In this document: positions 49,532 to 64,000 of the stretch, one piece after another
How positions within the stretch are numbered: position 1 is the first letter of the stretch
How the letters are laid out: every line of letters starts with the position of its first letter
Made by a program: the position numbers and the translations under genes
DNA from: the human T2T-CHM13v2.0 reference genome, Homo sapiens
Reading direction: 5' to 3' (one strand)
Length of the DNA stretch: 64,000 nucleotides
NCBI RefSeq assembly: GCF_009914755.1
Contig: NC_060932.1
Notes under the pieces: generated by a model
What the model was told of the DNA's origin: nothing
Database searches by the model: none
The model's input: only the letters and a program-made list of their open reading frames with translations

Positions 49532-49602
49532 TTATGGTTGGTGCAAAGGTAATTGCATTTTTGCCATTACTTTTAATGGCAATTACTTTTGCACCAAACT
49601 AA
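49532..49602. mobile_element. Made1 (Hsmar1-derived mariner MITE), right arm with ~9-bp deletion
   Basis: Palindrome ggttggtgcaaaggtaattgcatttttgccattacttttaatggcaattacttttgcaccaaactaa followed by TA. Confidence 0.9.
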
Positions 49603-51282
49603 TAATTTCTCTGATTTACAACTGAGAAGATTATTTAAAAATCTGGTACCAGGACTGGATTGCTGGAATTGATACACCTTAATGTGTAGAATTGAATTCC
49701 TGAAAGACTACCATTCTTGGGTAGAAAACTGAAAAGAAAAAATCAATATTTGGTTAAATTATTACATTCTACATTTGAAATAAGAGCAGTATCTTAAGGA
49801 ACTTGTTAGAAAAATGTCAGCATGTGGCAGTGTGTTGATCAATTCTAATGGCCATCAATAAAATTTTTCAAGATAGACCCAAGTTCAGGACACAAGGAAC
49901 TAACAAAAGAATGGTTTTAATAATAGATGCCATTTATCCCTGTCATTGCTATCCAAATTGACTACAAGATTGATAATTTGACTTTTTGCATTGTGGAAAA
50001 TAGTCTGTAATACAAATTTAAGATCTGATATTCTGGGGTGGAAAGACAGAAGAATTCTCAAAGGAAAAAAAATTACTTATCCTCTGAGATAAGTAAAAGA
50101 TAAATCTAAACTCTTAAACCTCTTGTGATACCTCTGGTTGACATAGTGATTTCAACTTTGGCTGCTTATTGCTTTTTAAAGAATAATCATGCTTTGTTGC
50201 CAGCCCCTGAAATTCTTATTTAATTAATTTATCTCAGAAAGTGGATTAGACATTGTTTCTTAAAAACATCTCTAGGTAATTTTTGAGAAATGATTCTTGT
50301 TGAAGTCTTTGGGATTGAGGCTAAAGGACAGAATCATATTCCAAGTTTTAATTTATCTCAGTTTAAAGCCATCACTTTGTGAACTAGAGAGTGATTAGTG
50401 TACAAAAGCTTGCAGTGAGGCAACAAAAATTCCTACACTCCAAAGCTACATATAAATATAATCTTTGGATATGTTTTCTAGCCAACCAAATAAACCCAAA
50501 GCAAATATATTGGAAACCTATTGAGGTTTTTAAGATAACCACATTGAAATCAATAAATCTAAATCTCACAGATGAGAACCTGAGATATTTAATTCCTAAG
50601 GCCATCCCCAATTCCCTAAATTTACATCAAAATCAAAGAGATTGCTAATGCCTTGATTCCTTCAGAAGGGGAAAGTGTCAATGCCCCTCCCATATATGGC
50701 CACAAAGGAAAAGGGGCAAAAGTTAACCACAGATGCTAGAAGCTTGGGCTGCTCTATTGGGTGACCAAGGAATGCCCTTCAGTGCTGAGAGAGACTTTTC
50801 ACTGTGCCTTTGGATCCAATAGGATATGTGTTCTGTGCTAATGAACATTATGCATTGTTTATCTTTCTTGTTTTTTATGTTATTTTTTGTTGTTGTTGAC
50901 TTTTTTACCAATGATGCATATTTCAGTTAGAGGTTGCTGGGCCATGAGAATCTGCATCCATGCTTAACAGAAATGTCAAAACAATATCTACCTAACCTTT
51001 AAGCTACTTGCAAATCTCAATTAGTTTTATTTGGTAAGATGTTAATGATTTTCGTAGAAGCATGGATTTTTTAAAAAAATTTAAACAAGTAAAGCTATAC
51101 ATAAATATTGAGTTCCTGATATCAATTATGCTTTTCCACATTAAGGAACACCAATATCATTTGATAATTAAACACAGAATAACAGGTAGGCCTGAATGAT
51201 ATAAGGGCCCTCTCTTCCTTGTGCACAATTGGCTTAGGAGAGGACATGTGACCTAATTCTGACTAAATAATTTCAAGGAAGG

Positions 51283-51646
51283 TGTATTAGTTCATTTTCA
51301 TACTGTTATGAAGAAATATCCAAGACCTGGTAATCCATAAAGAAAAAGAGGTATAAAGTACTTACAGTTCTACATATCCAGGGAGACCTCACAATCATGG
51401 TGGAAGGTGAAGGAGGAATGAAGGCACATCTTACATGGTGGCAGGCAAGAGAGCAAGTGTAGGGGAACAGCCTTTTATAAAACCATCAAATCTCATGAGA
51501 TGTTTTCACTGTCACGAGAATATCACAGGAAAAACCCGCCTCCATGATTCAATTACCTCCCACCGGGTCCCTCCCAAAACATGTGGAGATTATGGGAGCT
51601 ATAAGTCAAGATGAGATTTGGGTGGGGACACAGTCAAACAATACCA
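51283..51646 (-). mobile_element. THE1C-like MaLR solo LTR
   Basis: tgtattagttcattttcatactg...gatgagatttgggtggggacacagtcaaacaatacca. TSD GAAGG at 51278-51282 and 51647-51651. Confidence 0.9.
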
Positions 51647-54600
51647 GAAGGTTTTCACGAGCATTTCAGGAAGCATTCTTTTTCACTCTCACAAAAGAGC
51701 AGTAGTGAGCAATCAACTTAAGAAACTGCCCTGCCTCTGGATTAATGTACATCAATTAATTTCCATTTGAGGCATAAATATTAATAATTTGGGTTAGGCA
51801 ATTTGGGCTTGGTGTTTTTGAATAGGTTTTCTTTTAACTATAGCTGAGATGGACATAAGGACCGAGCATGAGCAAAGGCACAGAGGCAAAATATCAATTG
51901 TGTGGGAGTCCAAACTTTATTCATTGTTTCCTCTTATAGTCTCTGATACACATTGTATCATGGTGCATGAAACTGGAAAAGCTGGCCAGGGCCAAATCTC
52001 AGGGGATTTTTTATGCCATGTTAAGGAGTTGTAATCATCCAATTTTAAATCCAGTGCCATTAAAGTGTTTTAGGGAAGTGAAATGGAAAGACTGGTACTC
52101 AGATATATGTGGAGTAGAACAAAATGTGAAAATGAGAGCAGAAAATAGAATGGAAGCAAAGCCATCTAATGGAGACTATTGCAATAGTTAAATGTAGTTT
52201 GGGGAATAAATATTGAAGAATGGAGCTACTGCTGTACAAGCACACAAGCATACTTAGTAATGTAATGTTTATATCATACAATTGTGTTATCTCTCCAAGG
52301 AAAGTATTTATGTATTTTATCATATTCAGTTAAGGAGGAATTCAAATTGACTAGCTAAATTGAATTTATTGCTTTCTTAATAAATGGCTTTTCAGGTTTC
52401 CTCATAAAGATGCTTAAAATTGGTGGAATTAGAAGCACCAACATAGAAAATAAAAAAAAAATTGATTTAATTTTTTAAAACATCACTACAGCTGATGTTT
52501 TGTCAATGTGCCTTTCAAAAATATAGTTTGAGACCCATTATTAAACACTTCTGCTGGTGAGCAAGAGGTTGGGCTGTACATCTTGTTTGCATCAGCAGTT
52601 AGTTTCATCTATTTTGGGGCACAGCATCAAGCACTATAGGGAATGGCAAGAGCATTCTCCTGAAATATATGGCACTTGTCGTAGATAGACCGAAAATGGA
52701 ATATGGCCAATAGAGAGAAGAGTTACCTCCACTTATTACTTAGTTAACCTTGTTTCAATTACCCTAGTTTCAATTTCCGCGTGCTACTCCATCCCTTAAC
52801 TATTTGTTCATTATCATCATAGAAGAATTAAGACAGTTTATGAAGCAGATACATTTAGGTTTTCTTTGAGATTTTCTGAATGTTGCTTTACTTCTCTCAC
52901 ACTGGATTTTCTCATATATAAAATGTGGCTTAATCTGTATTTTATTCTTGCACAAGGGAGGCACTCATTAAAGGGAAGTAGCTTTTTTAAAAAAATTATT
53001 ATTGTAATTATATTTACGACAACAGTTACTACTACTACCGAGAACTAGAGATCAGATATTTTCTAAGTAAATCAGTAAACAACTTGACCAAAATTTCAAG
53101 ATGTGTTTTTTATATGCTTCAACACAAATCATTTGAGTTTTAGCAATTCTTTTGGATCCCTGGATGCATTTCACGTAAGGAAAAATTATGATCAGGGTAC
53201 CAGACCCAATCTATGAAAGCCACTCTCCCCCATGATGTGATTTGCTTACAAATAGTGCTATCTGAACAGTAAATAACCATGATTTATTGGTAAGATGTTT
53301 CTTTTAGTTTACACTTCAGATGTCCAGATCAACTGAGAGCACTATTAGAGAGAGGTTTGCTGCATGCATCCTGTTGAGGAATCCAGCAGAGAACTATCTG
53401 ATGAAAGGCCATATTCAGGGAAGGTATTAGATCAAGAGAGAAGAAGGAGACAGCAGGGGAGAAACTCAGATGGAAGTTTTTATGTCAGCAAGTATAAGAG
53501 ATCCAACGTGGGCAGTGGCAGGGGTAGGGAAGTGGGGATTTGTTCAAAAGTTGGAACAGCTTGTTTATGGCTCATGCAATATTGAATTAGTAGTTTTGTG
53601 ATATCTAACAAACTGTAACAATTCCAAAAGTGATTGGTCATCACTTTTCATCATTGCCATGTTACCTCAGTTGGTGCTTTGATACTTAAAAAAGAAATGG
53701 TTATGTACACTTAAGTGGCAATATCCTGACCTTTTTGTTATTCTTGACAAAATTGGGTACTGAGTTTCATTTCCTGAACTTTCCCTCCACTTTTCACAGA
53801 ACAAGATTTATGGTGTCGAAATCATTTGCAAGGACTAGTTATTTTTCTTGCTGCAAATTCCTTGAATTAATTAATACAACTCACGCTGGTCAAATTAGTG
53901 CTAAATTTGTTGCATGTAGAAGTGGTTCTTTTTGTTCGTTTATGTCCTGTTTGGAAAAATGGATCTGTAGTACCCACAGTGTATACATCTGTGTTTAAAT
54001 TTGGGTTTAGCTGCTTGTATATTTGATTGAAAATGGAAATCCTCATATTCTCTTTCCAGTATGTAAGGATATTAGCAAATAACTATCATTTAATTTACTA
54101 TCCAGATCTTCTGCTACTAGTCAGTCATCCTTTTTATTTAATCTTTTTCTGCAGGCAACAATGTTTTTGCAAAACTTTCTGAAATGTGATGGAGCTACAT
54201 TTTAAAATGGCATCTTTGCTTCTGTATATATATTTCTCTGTATGTACGTATCTAGGCCTCCACCAACTCACTTTTGGCAATTGCTTTGATTATAACTGGA
54301 TTGAGTTATAACTGGGAAGCAGCAAGAAAGATTTTTGAGTCATAAAACTGCTATCTTATATATCAGTACTGAGTTGAAGAAAAAATAAATCATTTTCATT
54401 CATTTGGAAAGAAAATAAGTGATTCTGTCGAAAGTTGTACTTGCAGGACTTAATATACTCAACCATTGTTACAAAAAGGTGAGGGAATAGATACAAAAAA
54501 ATAAATTTAGGCTTTGGACTGAGAGATTTGAGTGTAATTCCAATCTCAAGCACTTAGAAGTTATATAATTTCTTAAGGCCAGTACTTAATTTATATACTT

Positions 54601-55758
54601 TTTATCAATAATATGGTAAACTTTAATATTTCACCTTGTGGATTAGAAATGATGCATGTAAAGTATTTGGCAAATAGTGGCATTATTATAATTAGTATTA
54701 TTTACAAACAGATGATTAAGTCAGGAAATAATGCTCCTTAGAGAATAATATTCCTAAGAGAAACACTACTACGAGATTATGTAATGCAAGCATATCCTTT
54801 GATTTTGTTACAAGATCACACATATTTACAGCATATACTTAGCAATAATTCGTAAGTGGTTTATTACTGCCTAAGACAAGGTTACCACTTTTCTTAATCT
54901 TTGATTTTTTGAAGTATTCAGATGAGTGAAAAACTACAAGGGTGATGGTCTGCAAGAGTAACACATGGAAGGAATAAAGTATGTCATAGGCATTATTCAT
55001 ACTGTGTACTCTTGAAAATTCCTTCCCTAGGATATGAGCATTTCTTTGGCATGAAATGTGACTAACAATGCCGATAGCACAAGGAAAGCCTATATTCAGT
55101 ATTCTGTGGCTAATACACCCTGGTCACTGTTTTAGAGATTCTGAAACCAGCACAGATTCTACTGTGAGCCACATAAGAAATATTAGAATTATTGATATCT
55201 ATTTCATCAGTTAAAAATTTAGCTCTGCCAAACACTAAGCATCTGTTATCTGATAACACTTAAATAGTATTCAGGGAGATTGATCATCCAGTGACAAGTT
55301 GAAATCCCTGCAGTTTTGCATCTTATTCTCAATATATTTCTCTATGGATATTGAAGCAGAGCTTGTTCTTAAATATTTATCAACCTAAAACATTACTTTG
55401 ATTGCTTATATCATTTGAAATATGTATTTTCTTAATTAGATAATGATACAAACAAGAAGGAATTTAAAAGATCATTAATTTAATGATCTGTATCCAAATA
55501 CATCATCTAAGCCATTGAGTCCAATCTTTGTTCATGTATAGGGAAACTTTTTTAAAGTGAAAATTGTTCATAAACATCTGTAGTATGATATTATTTTTGG
55601 TAAGTATTGGTTGACAAAATACCTAATAGAAAAAAGCTACTATAAATTCAAACATTTTAAGTAAGTTTGCATTAACCACAGTAAATTCTCAATGCATTAA
55701 AAAGTAACATGTAAATTAAATATATTCATTCACTAGAGGTAATACTCAGTTTACATAT

Positions 55759-55767
55759 ATATGTGTG

Positions 55768-55800
<33 letters not shown>
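55759..55800. repeat. (AC)15 microsatellite with AT/GT lead-in, lying inside the Alu TSD
   Basis: atatgtgtgtat(ac)15 sits between the left TSD and the Alu T-tract. Confidence 0.95.
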
Positions 55801-56098
<298 letters not shown>

Positions 56099-56329
56099 CT
56101 CAGTTTACATATTAATTCACATGCCACAGGTAAATAATATCTCCATGGCTGCCCATAGCCCACAGCCCCAGACTGAGAACTAGGGTATAAACCAGACTTT
56201 TAAAATGAATGTCAGTAGAGTTTGAATAATCTTTTTATTTCAAAGTATTTTGTAATTTACTCTGGAGGAAGTTATCCTTTATAGTTTTAATTATAAAATC
56301 AATGAATAACTTTTATTCTCATAATGAAC

Positions 56330-57480
56330 TTTTTTTTTACCTGAAGGCTATCATATATACATACATACAGAAGTACACAGATCATAAGTAAATTTTTATA
56401 AAATGAACCCATCTGTTAATCACCATACTGATCACAAAACAATTAACACCCTAGAAGCCTTTCCTTAACCTCTTTCAGTTACTTACTTACTACACCTATC
56501 TGTATCTTCAAAGTTAATCACCTTTCTCACTGGTAATATTATGAGTAGGTTTTACTTGTTTTAAAATTAATATAAGAAACACAGTATATCATTTAATATA
56601 TGGCCTCCTTTGTCCACTTTTGTGTTTTCAAGATTCATCCATGTTACTTATGTCAGTACTCAGTACTTAGTTTATTATTGTATAATACCCTTTTGTACGA
56701 ACATACTATATGATGTTATTGATGGATATTGGTGGTGTTCTAGTTTGTGTCTATTATGAATAAATACTGTAAGGAACATTCTTGCATTCTAGTTAATGCT
56801 TTTATTGCATATATTTCAAGTGGGCCTGTATCTCAGAATGGAATTTCTAGATTATAATTAATATATATATTCAGCTTTAGTACATACTGAGAAACAATTT
56901 TTCAGATTGATTTGTATGGACTTTCACTTCAACCATCTGTTTATAAAAATTCCTGTTGCTTTCAATCCTTGTCAGCTATTGGTTTTTTCCTTTTTTCTTT
57001 TATTTTAGTAATTTGGATAAGTAGGTAACCCTATCTCACAGTTTCAATTTGTATTACCTTGCAGAATAATAAGGTTAAACAATTTTAAAATACATGTATT
57101 TGTATTATGGATATCCTCTTGAATAAGTGCCTACTTATTTACTCATTTGAATAATGACTGCTTTGTATTTTTTATTGATTTGTAGATCTTTAATTATTTA
57201 TATACATGAGTTAGATTGAGCAAAATCCTCTCCCTTTTGAGTTGGCTTTTCAATTGTCTTCATGTTTTCATTAGATGAGATATTCTTAATTTTAATACAG
57301 TCCAACTTAGAATTCTTTTTGTTTTATGAATAGTATCTTTTTTGTCCTTTTAGAAATTTCTGTTCACTCCATTGTTTTCAAGATAACTTTCTGTATTATC
57401 TTCTAGATATTCTTCTTCGTTGATTATCTTTCCCCTTTAGTTACATAATCTGCCTTAACATTATTTTCTATGGTTTGAAG
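56330..57480 (-). mobile_element. Old L1M 3' fragment
   Basis: agattcatccatgtt, tgatggatattgg...ctattatgaataaatactgtaaggaacattcttg, gaatggaatttctag and further antisense L1M motifs. Confidence 0.65.
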
Positions 57481-57895
57481 TCTTGGTAATTACCTCCTCA
57501 AACATTGCTTCTGCTTATTATCTCCTTTCTTCATGGTACTATAATTCTATGTTTGTCAGACCTTTTCTTACATTGTTTTCTCAGTGTTTTTCAACCTATT
57601 TTCTTCTTATGCTTCAAACTGAGCATTTTCTCCTGTGCTGTCTCCATTTCACCTTCTTATTAATCCCACCTATCAAGTTCTTCATTTCTGTTGCTTTATT
57701 TTTAGATACATATATGTGTGTGTGTGTGTGTATAGACAGATAATATTTAATTTTTTAAACTAACAAGTGAAATAACAGAATTCCAACTCACATTACTTAA
57801 ACTTGATATTCTATTTAATTGAGTCATCTTTATGAACTATTTTTAAGGACTTTGGGCTGCTTTTTTCTTTTCGTCTCTCAGTATTTATGATAGTG

Positions 57896-60458
<2,563 letters not shown>

Positions 60459-60715
60459 CATTTTTCATATTTCATTTCATTATTGCTTTACTTACCTGTC
60501 TCTAAGAATAGAGTGTATAGCCATCCAAGGTCAGAGGCTGTGTTTTATTTATCCTCATTTCTGGCATATAGTTGAAGCTAAACATATTTACAGAGTGAAT
60601 AAACAACAGGATTTCTTACAACCCTATGTTTAACTTGTGATTCACCACAAAAGTCCACTTTTTTGCTTTCTATAGCTTTGCCCAAGCATTTCATAGGCAG
60701 GATTAACCTAGCTAT

Positions 60716-60718
<3 letters not shown>

Positions 60719-60750
<32 letters not shown>
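60719..60750. repeat. (AT)16 microsatellite
   Basis: Perfect AT run. Confidence 0.95.
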
Positions 60751-60752
<2 letters not shown>

Positions 60753-61952
60753 CATTCACACATATTTTTAAAAACTCATTCTACATTATCCTCCAAACAT
60801 TGTATTATTGCCAAAAGTTGTTGATTCATATCCAACCAATTAAGCCATTTCTTGGAAATATGTTAAGTACAGTTAATGATGTCACTTATTAAAATTAAAT
60901 TTATTGAAGTTTTATGTATATCCATTTATTGACAGTTTTGTAGTCTTTTCTGGCATAAGACATGTGTTGGGCTTTTTTAGATTTTTTTTTTTTACAACCA
61001 TTACTATAATAATTGTATTACACCCATTGATGTTTTGTAAATTTTCACCACCAAGTTATGTACTGAAAGGGTTCATGTAAGTTCATTGTATTTTTTCATT
61101 AAGACAACAATAATATTGATATGATAAATGCCATCTTAGTGACATTCTGATATCATTTTTCAATAATAATATAATAAGTGACCATGAAGGGAATAGAAAC
61201 CTAAACAATATTATTGTTTAAACAGTAAGCAATTTGTTTAAAAAAGTTTTGCTTGTACGGGAGAAGTGTTTGACATAGCTTTTTTTGTTTTTCTTATTAC
61301 TACAACTGAATGAAATTTTCTAGGGATTACCTTGACATTCATTAGTGCTTTTGGGGCACAAATACCCTTTTTTGATAATCAGGAATTACTTAGTATCTCA
61401 GATTTATAATGCTAAAGTGTTTAGAAAAAAATTAAGGAACCTGAGTTTTTTTCATTTTTCACTTCAAATTAAGATGCTGTTCTCCTTCATTTTGTCTGCT
61501 TAAGGCAAACTTGGAAAATGCTAATCATTTATGTATGTAATCTCCATCATCATCTAACATCCAAATCCTTGATATATCATGTGTTTTGGTATGTGTTTTC
61601 CTTCTAAATGTTAAAACTAAGATGAAATGACATCTGTACTCAAAGCAAAATATAAAATTAACAAAAACAGAACAGTAATACTATGTCAATATATCACTTC
61701 TGGTTACTCGATATGACCAGGATTTGCTTCTCAAATGTCAGAATAAAAGAAATGTGCCTATCATGTGCAAGTGATTTTATTAAAACATGCCTATGTGTTC
61801 ATGCTTTTGAAAGACACTCACCCACATGGTCCCTGTTCAAATAATTATTTCCCGAATGCACATGAGGCTAAATTTCACCAAGAAAAATCACCAAGAGAAA
61901 TAGGAACTTCACTATGCTAATAGACACTATGTTTTCACATTTGTGTTTCTTG

Positions 61953-62630
61953 TGTTAAGCAAAAAGTGGCTGAGACAGGTGTCTCAATTGATAGATGTTT
62001 ATTTAGCTAAAGTTTGAGGACTCATCCAGGAAAAACATAGTCACAGGAGCCTCTGTGACATGTACTTTTCCGAAGAAGATTTGAGGAACTTCAGTATTTA
62101 AAGGGGAAACATCAAGAAGAGGAGAAAAGAGGGAGGTAGGTTAGGCAGTGATGTAAATGATTACATTCTTGTGAGGCTCTTATATAAGACAAGGTAAACA
62201 TGCGAAAAGAAGGAATAGAGAAAAAGTCAATTATGAATTTGTCTCAGGGTAGGTGGAGGGATGATTTCTGGTCCTGTCCTTGTCCTGTACCTGTGAAGAT
62301 AAGCTAGTAATTGATATCTTCAGGGCGAGATACAACAGAACTCGGGTTTAGGTCTAGAATATAGGAGGGTATGTATTCTAAAAGATTTAGGGGCTCACAA
62401 GGGGCTCTCAATTGTACCTAGTGAACGATTTGTGAGAGAGACCATGTGAGGAGATATGCGGCCTTATATCCTTGTGGGAACGTGGCTTGTGGATGAGGCT
62501 ATGACACAGGGTTGTGAAATTACAGCTATCTGGGAACAAAAGGAAGGCAGTATTGTGTGACTCATTTTCCAAGCTTAACTTTCCCTTTTGCATAGTGAGT
62601 TTTGGGGTCCCAAGATTCTATTTTTTCACA
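61953..62630 (-). mobile_element. MER4-group (MER4D/E-like) ERV1 solo LTR
   Basis: The reverse complement begins tgtgaaaaaatagaatcttgggaccccaaaactcactatgcaaaagggaaagttaagcttgg, a MER4-type start. Near-TSD cttg/ctta. Confidence 0.75.
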
Positions 62631-62934
62631 CTTACTACTTTAAATTTCTATAGTTGTGTTTTAAAATGATTCAAGTCTTCATCCACTTAAAATATTGTTT
62701 AACTTTTAACACCTAGTGTCATTTTGCTTCAGGTATTTACCTTGGTAGATTTAATACTATGACTCAATTAAATCCCTTGAAGTTTAATTGGTGAGCCTAA
62801 AGAGCTTAGCCACTGAAGGCAAAAATGCTTAAGATATTATTATATTTACCAAGTGTTCCAAATTCTTCTTTTTTGTTTGTTTGGTTTTATTTATTGCTAT
62901 TCTATCTTAAGGCATCTACAGTGTACACACTTAG

Positions 62935-63860
62935 AACCTACTCATCTGACAAAGGGCTAATATCCAGAATCTACAATGAACTCAAACAAATTTACAAGAA
63001 AAAAACAAGCAACCCCATCAAAAAGTGGGTGAAGGATATGAACAGACACTTCTCAAAAGAAGACATTTATGCAGCCAAAAAACACATGAAAAAATGCTCA
63101 TCATCACTGGCCATCAGAGAAATGCAAATCAAAACCACAATGAGATACCATCTCACACCAGTTAGAATGGCAATCATTAAAAAGTCAGGAAACAACAGGT
63201 GCTGGAGAGGATGTGGAGAAATAGGAACACTTTTACACTGTTGGTGGGACTGTAAACTAGTTCAACCATTGTGGAAGTCAGTGTGGCGATTCCTCAGGGA
63301 TCTAGAGCTAGAAATACCATTTGACCCAGCCATCCCATTACTGGGTATATACCCAAAGGATTATAAATCATGATACTATAAAGACACATGCACACATATG
63401 TTTATTGCGGCACTATTCACAATAGCAAAGACTTGGAACCAACCCAAATGTCCAACAATGATAGACTGGATTAAGAAAATGTGGCACATATACACCATGG
63501 AATACTATGCAGCCATAAAAAATGAAGAGTTCATGTCCTTTGTAGGGACATGGATGAAACTGGAAATCATCATTCTCAGCAAACTATCGCAAGGACAAAA
63601 AACCAAACACCACATGTTCTCACTCATAGGTGGGAATTGAACAATGAGAACCCATGGACACAGGAAGGGGAACATCACACTCCAGGGACTGTTGTGGGGT
63701 GGGGAGAGGTGGGAGGGATAGCATTAGGAGATATACCTAATGCTAAATGACAAGTTAATGGGTGCAGCACACCAACATGGCACATGTATACATATGTAAC
63801 AAACCTGCACGTTGTGCACATGTACCCTAAAACTTAAAGTATAATAATAAATAAAAAAAG
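62935..63860 (+). mobile_element. L1PA3/PA4-like, 5'-truncated (~0.9 kb)
   Basis: ORF2 C-terminus ([13 protein letters not shown]...GGN*), 3'UTR and A-tail. No TSD visible in the window. Confidence 0.92.
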
Positions 63861-64000
63861 AAATTAATATGTACTGGATATATGTGGGTGGAAGGTTAAG
63901 AAAGTAGGGGTTGGTTGGCATATGCTAATGCTACAACTTATATCATGTAACATATAATAACAATATATCTTCTTGTACTATTACCACAACTGTTAATTAA

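Noticed and set aside
52200-55700. Repeat-poor stretch with short ORFs (53364, 53735, 54356)
   Set aside because: No recognisable protein similarity, exon structure or RNA gene. Conservation or enhancer activity cannot be judged from sequence alone.
62825-63373. 182-aa ORF with a hydrophobic N-terminus fused to the L1 ORF2 C-terminus
   Set aside because: T-rich flank happens to be in frame with a truncated L1. No promoter, splice or conservation evidence is visible.

Overview
Primate (very probably human) genomic DNA, AT-rich and dominated by transposable elements. The only host coding sequence I can support is three + strand exons (1003-1112, 2954-3104, 31942-31949 plus 3' UTR). They splice in frame to encode the C-terminal cyclic-nucleotide-binding domain of CNBD1 (...FGEISVLLQVPFTCTIITKKEVEMAIIEDKDLFVA*). 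None of them appears in the supplied ORF track, whose ORFs are almost all L1, Alu or LTR fragments or chance frames. The rest is a ~29 kb last intron and downstream DNA. It holds L1PA2-PA13 and older L1M copies (one full-length, dead L1PA4-like element), Alus, MaLR/ERV LTRs (one full MST provirus), a decayed ERV1 pol/env fragment, Tigger1 and Made1. I found no new biological system. The most interesting points are retrotransposition events readable directly from the sequence: a terminal exon apparently built from TE sequence, an inverted L1 with a ~540 bp 3' transduction that landed 40 bp from a splice donor, serial mini-transductions in an L1PA2 tail, an L1 that re-used the target-site duplication (TSD) of an older L1, and four twin-primed L1s in one intron. 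Gene name and repeat subfamily calls come from recalled consensus sequences, not from a search.
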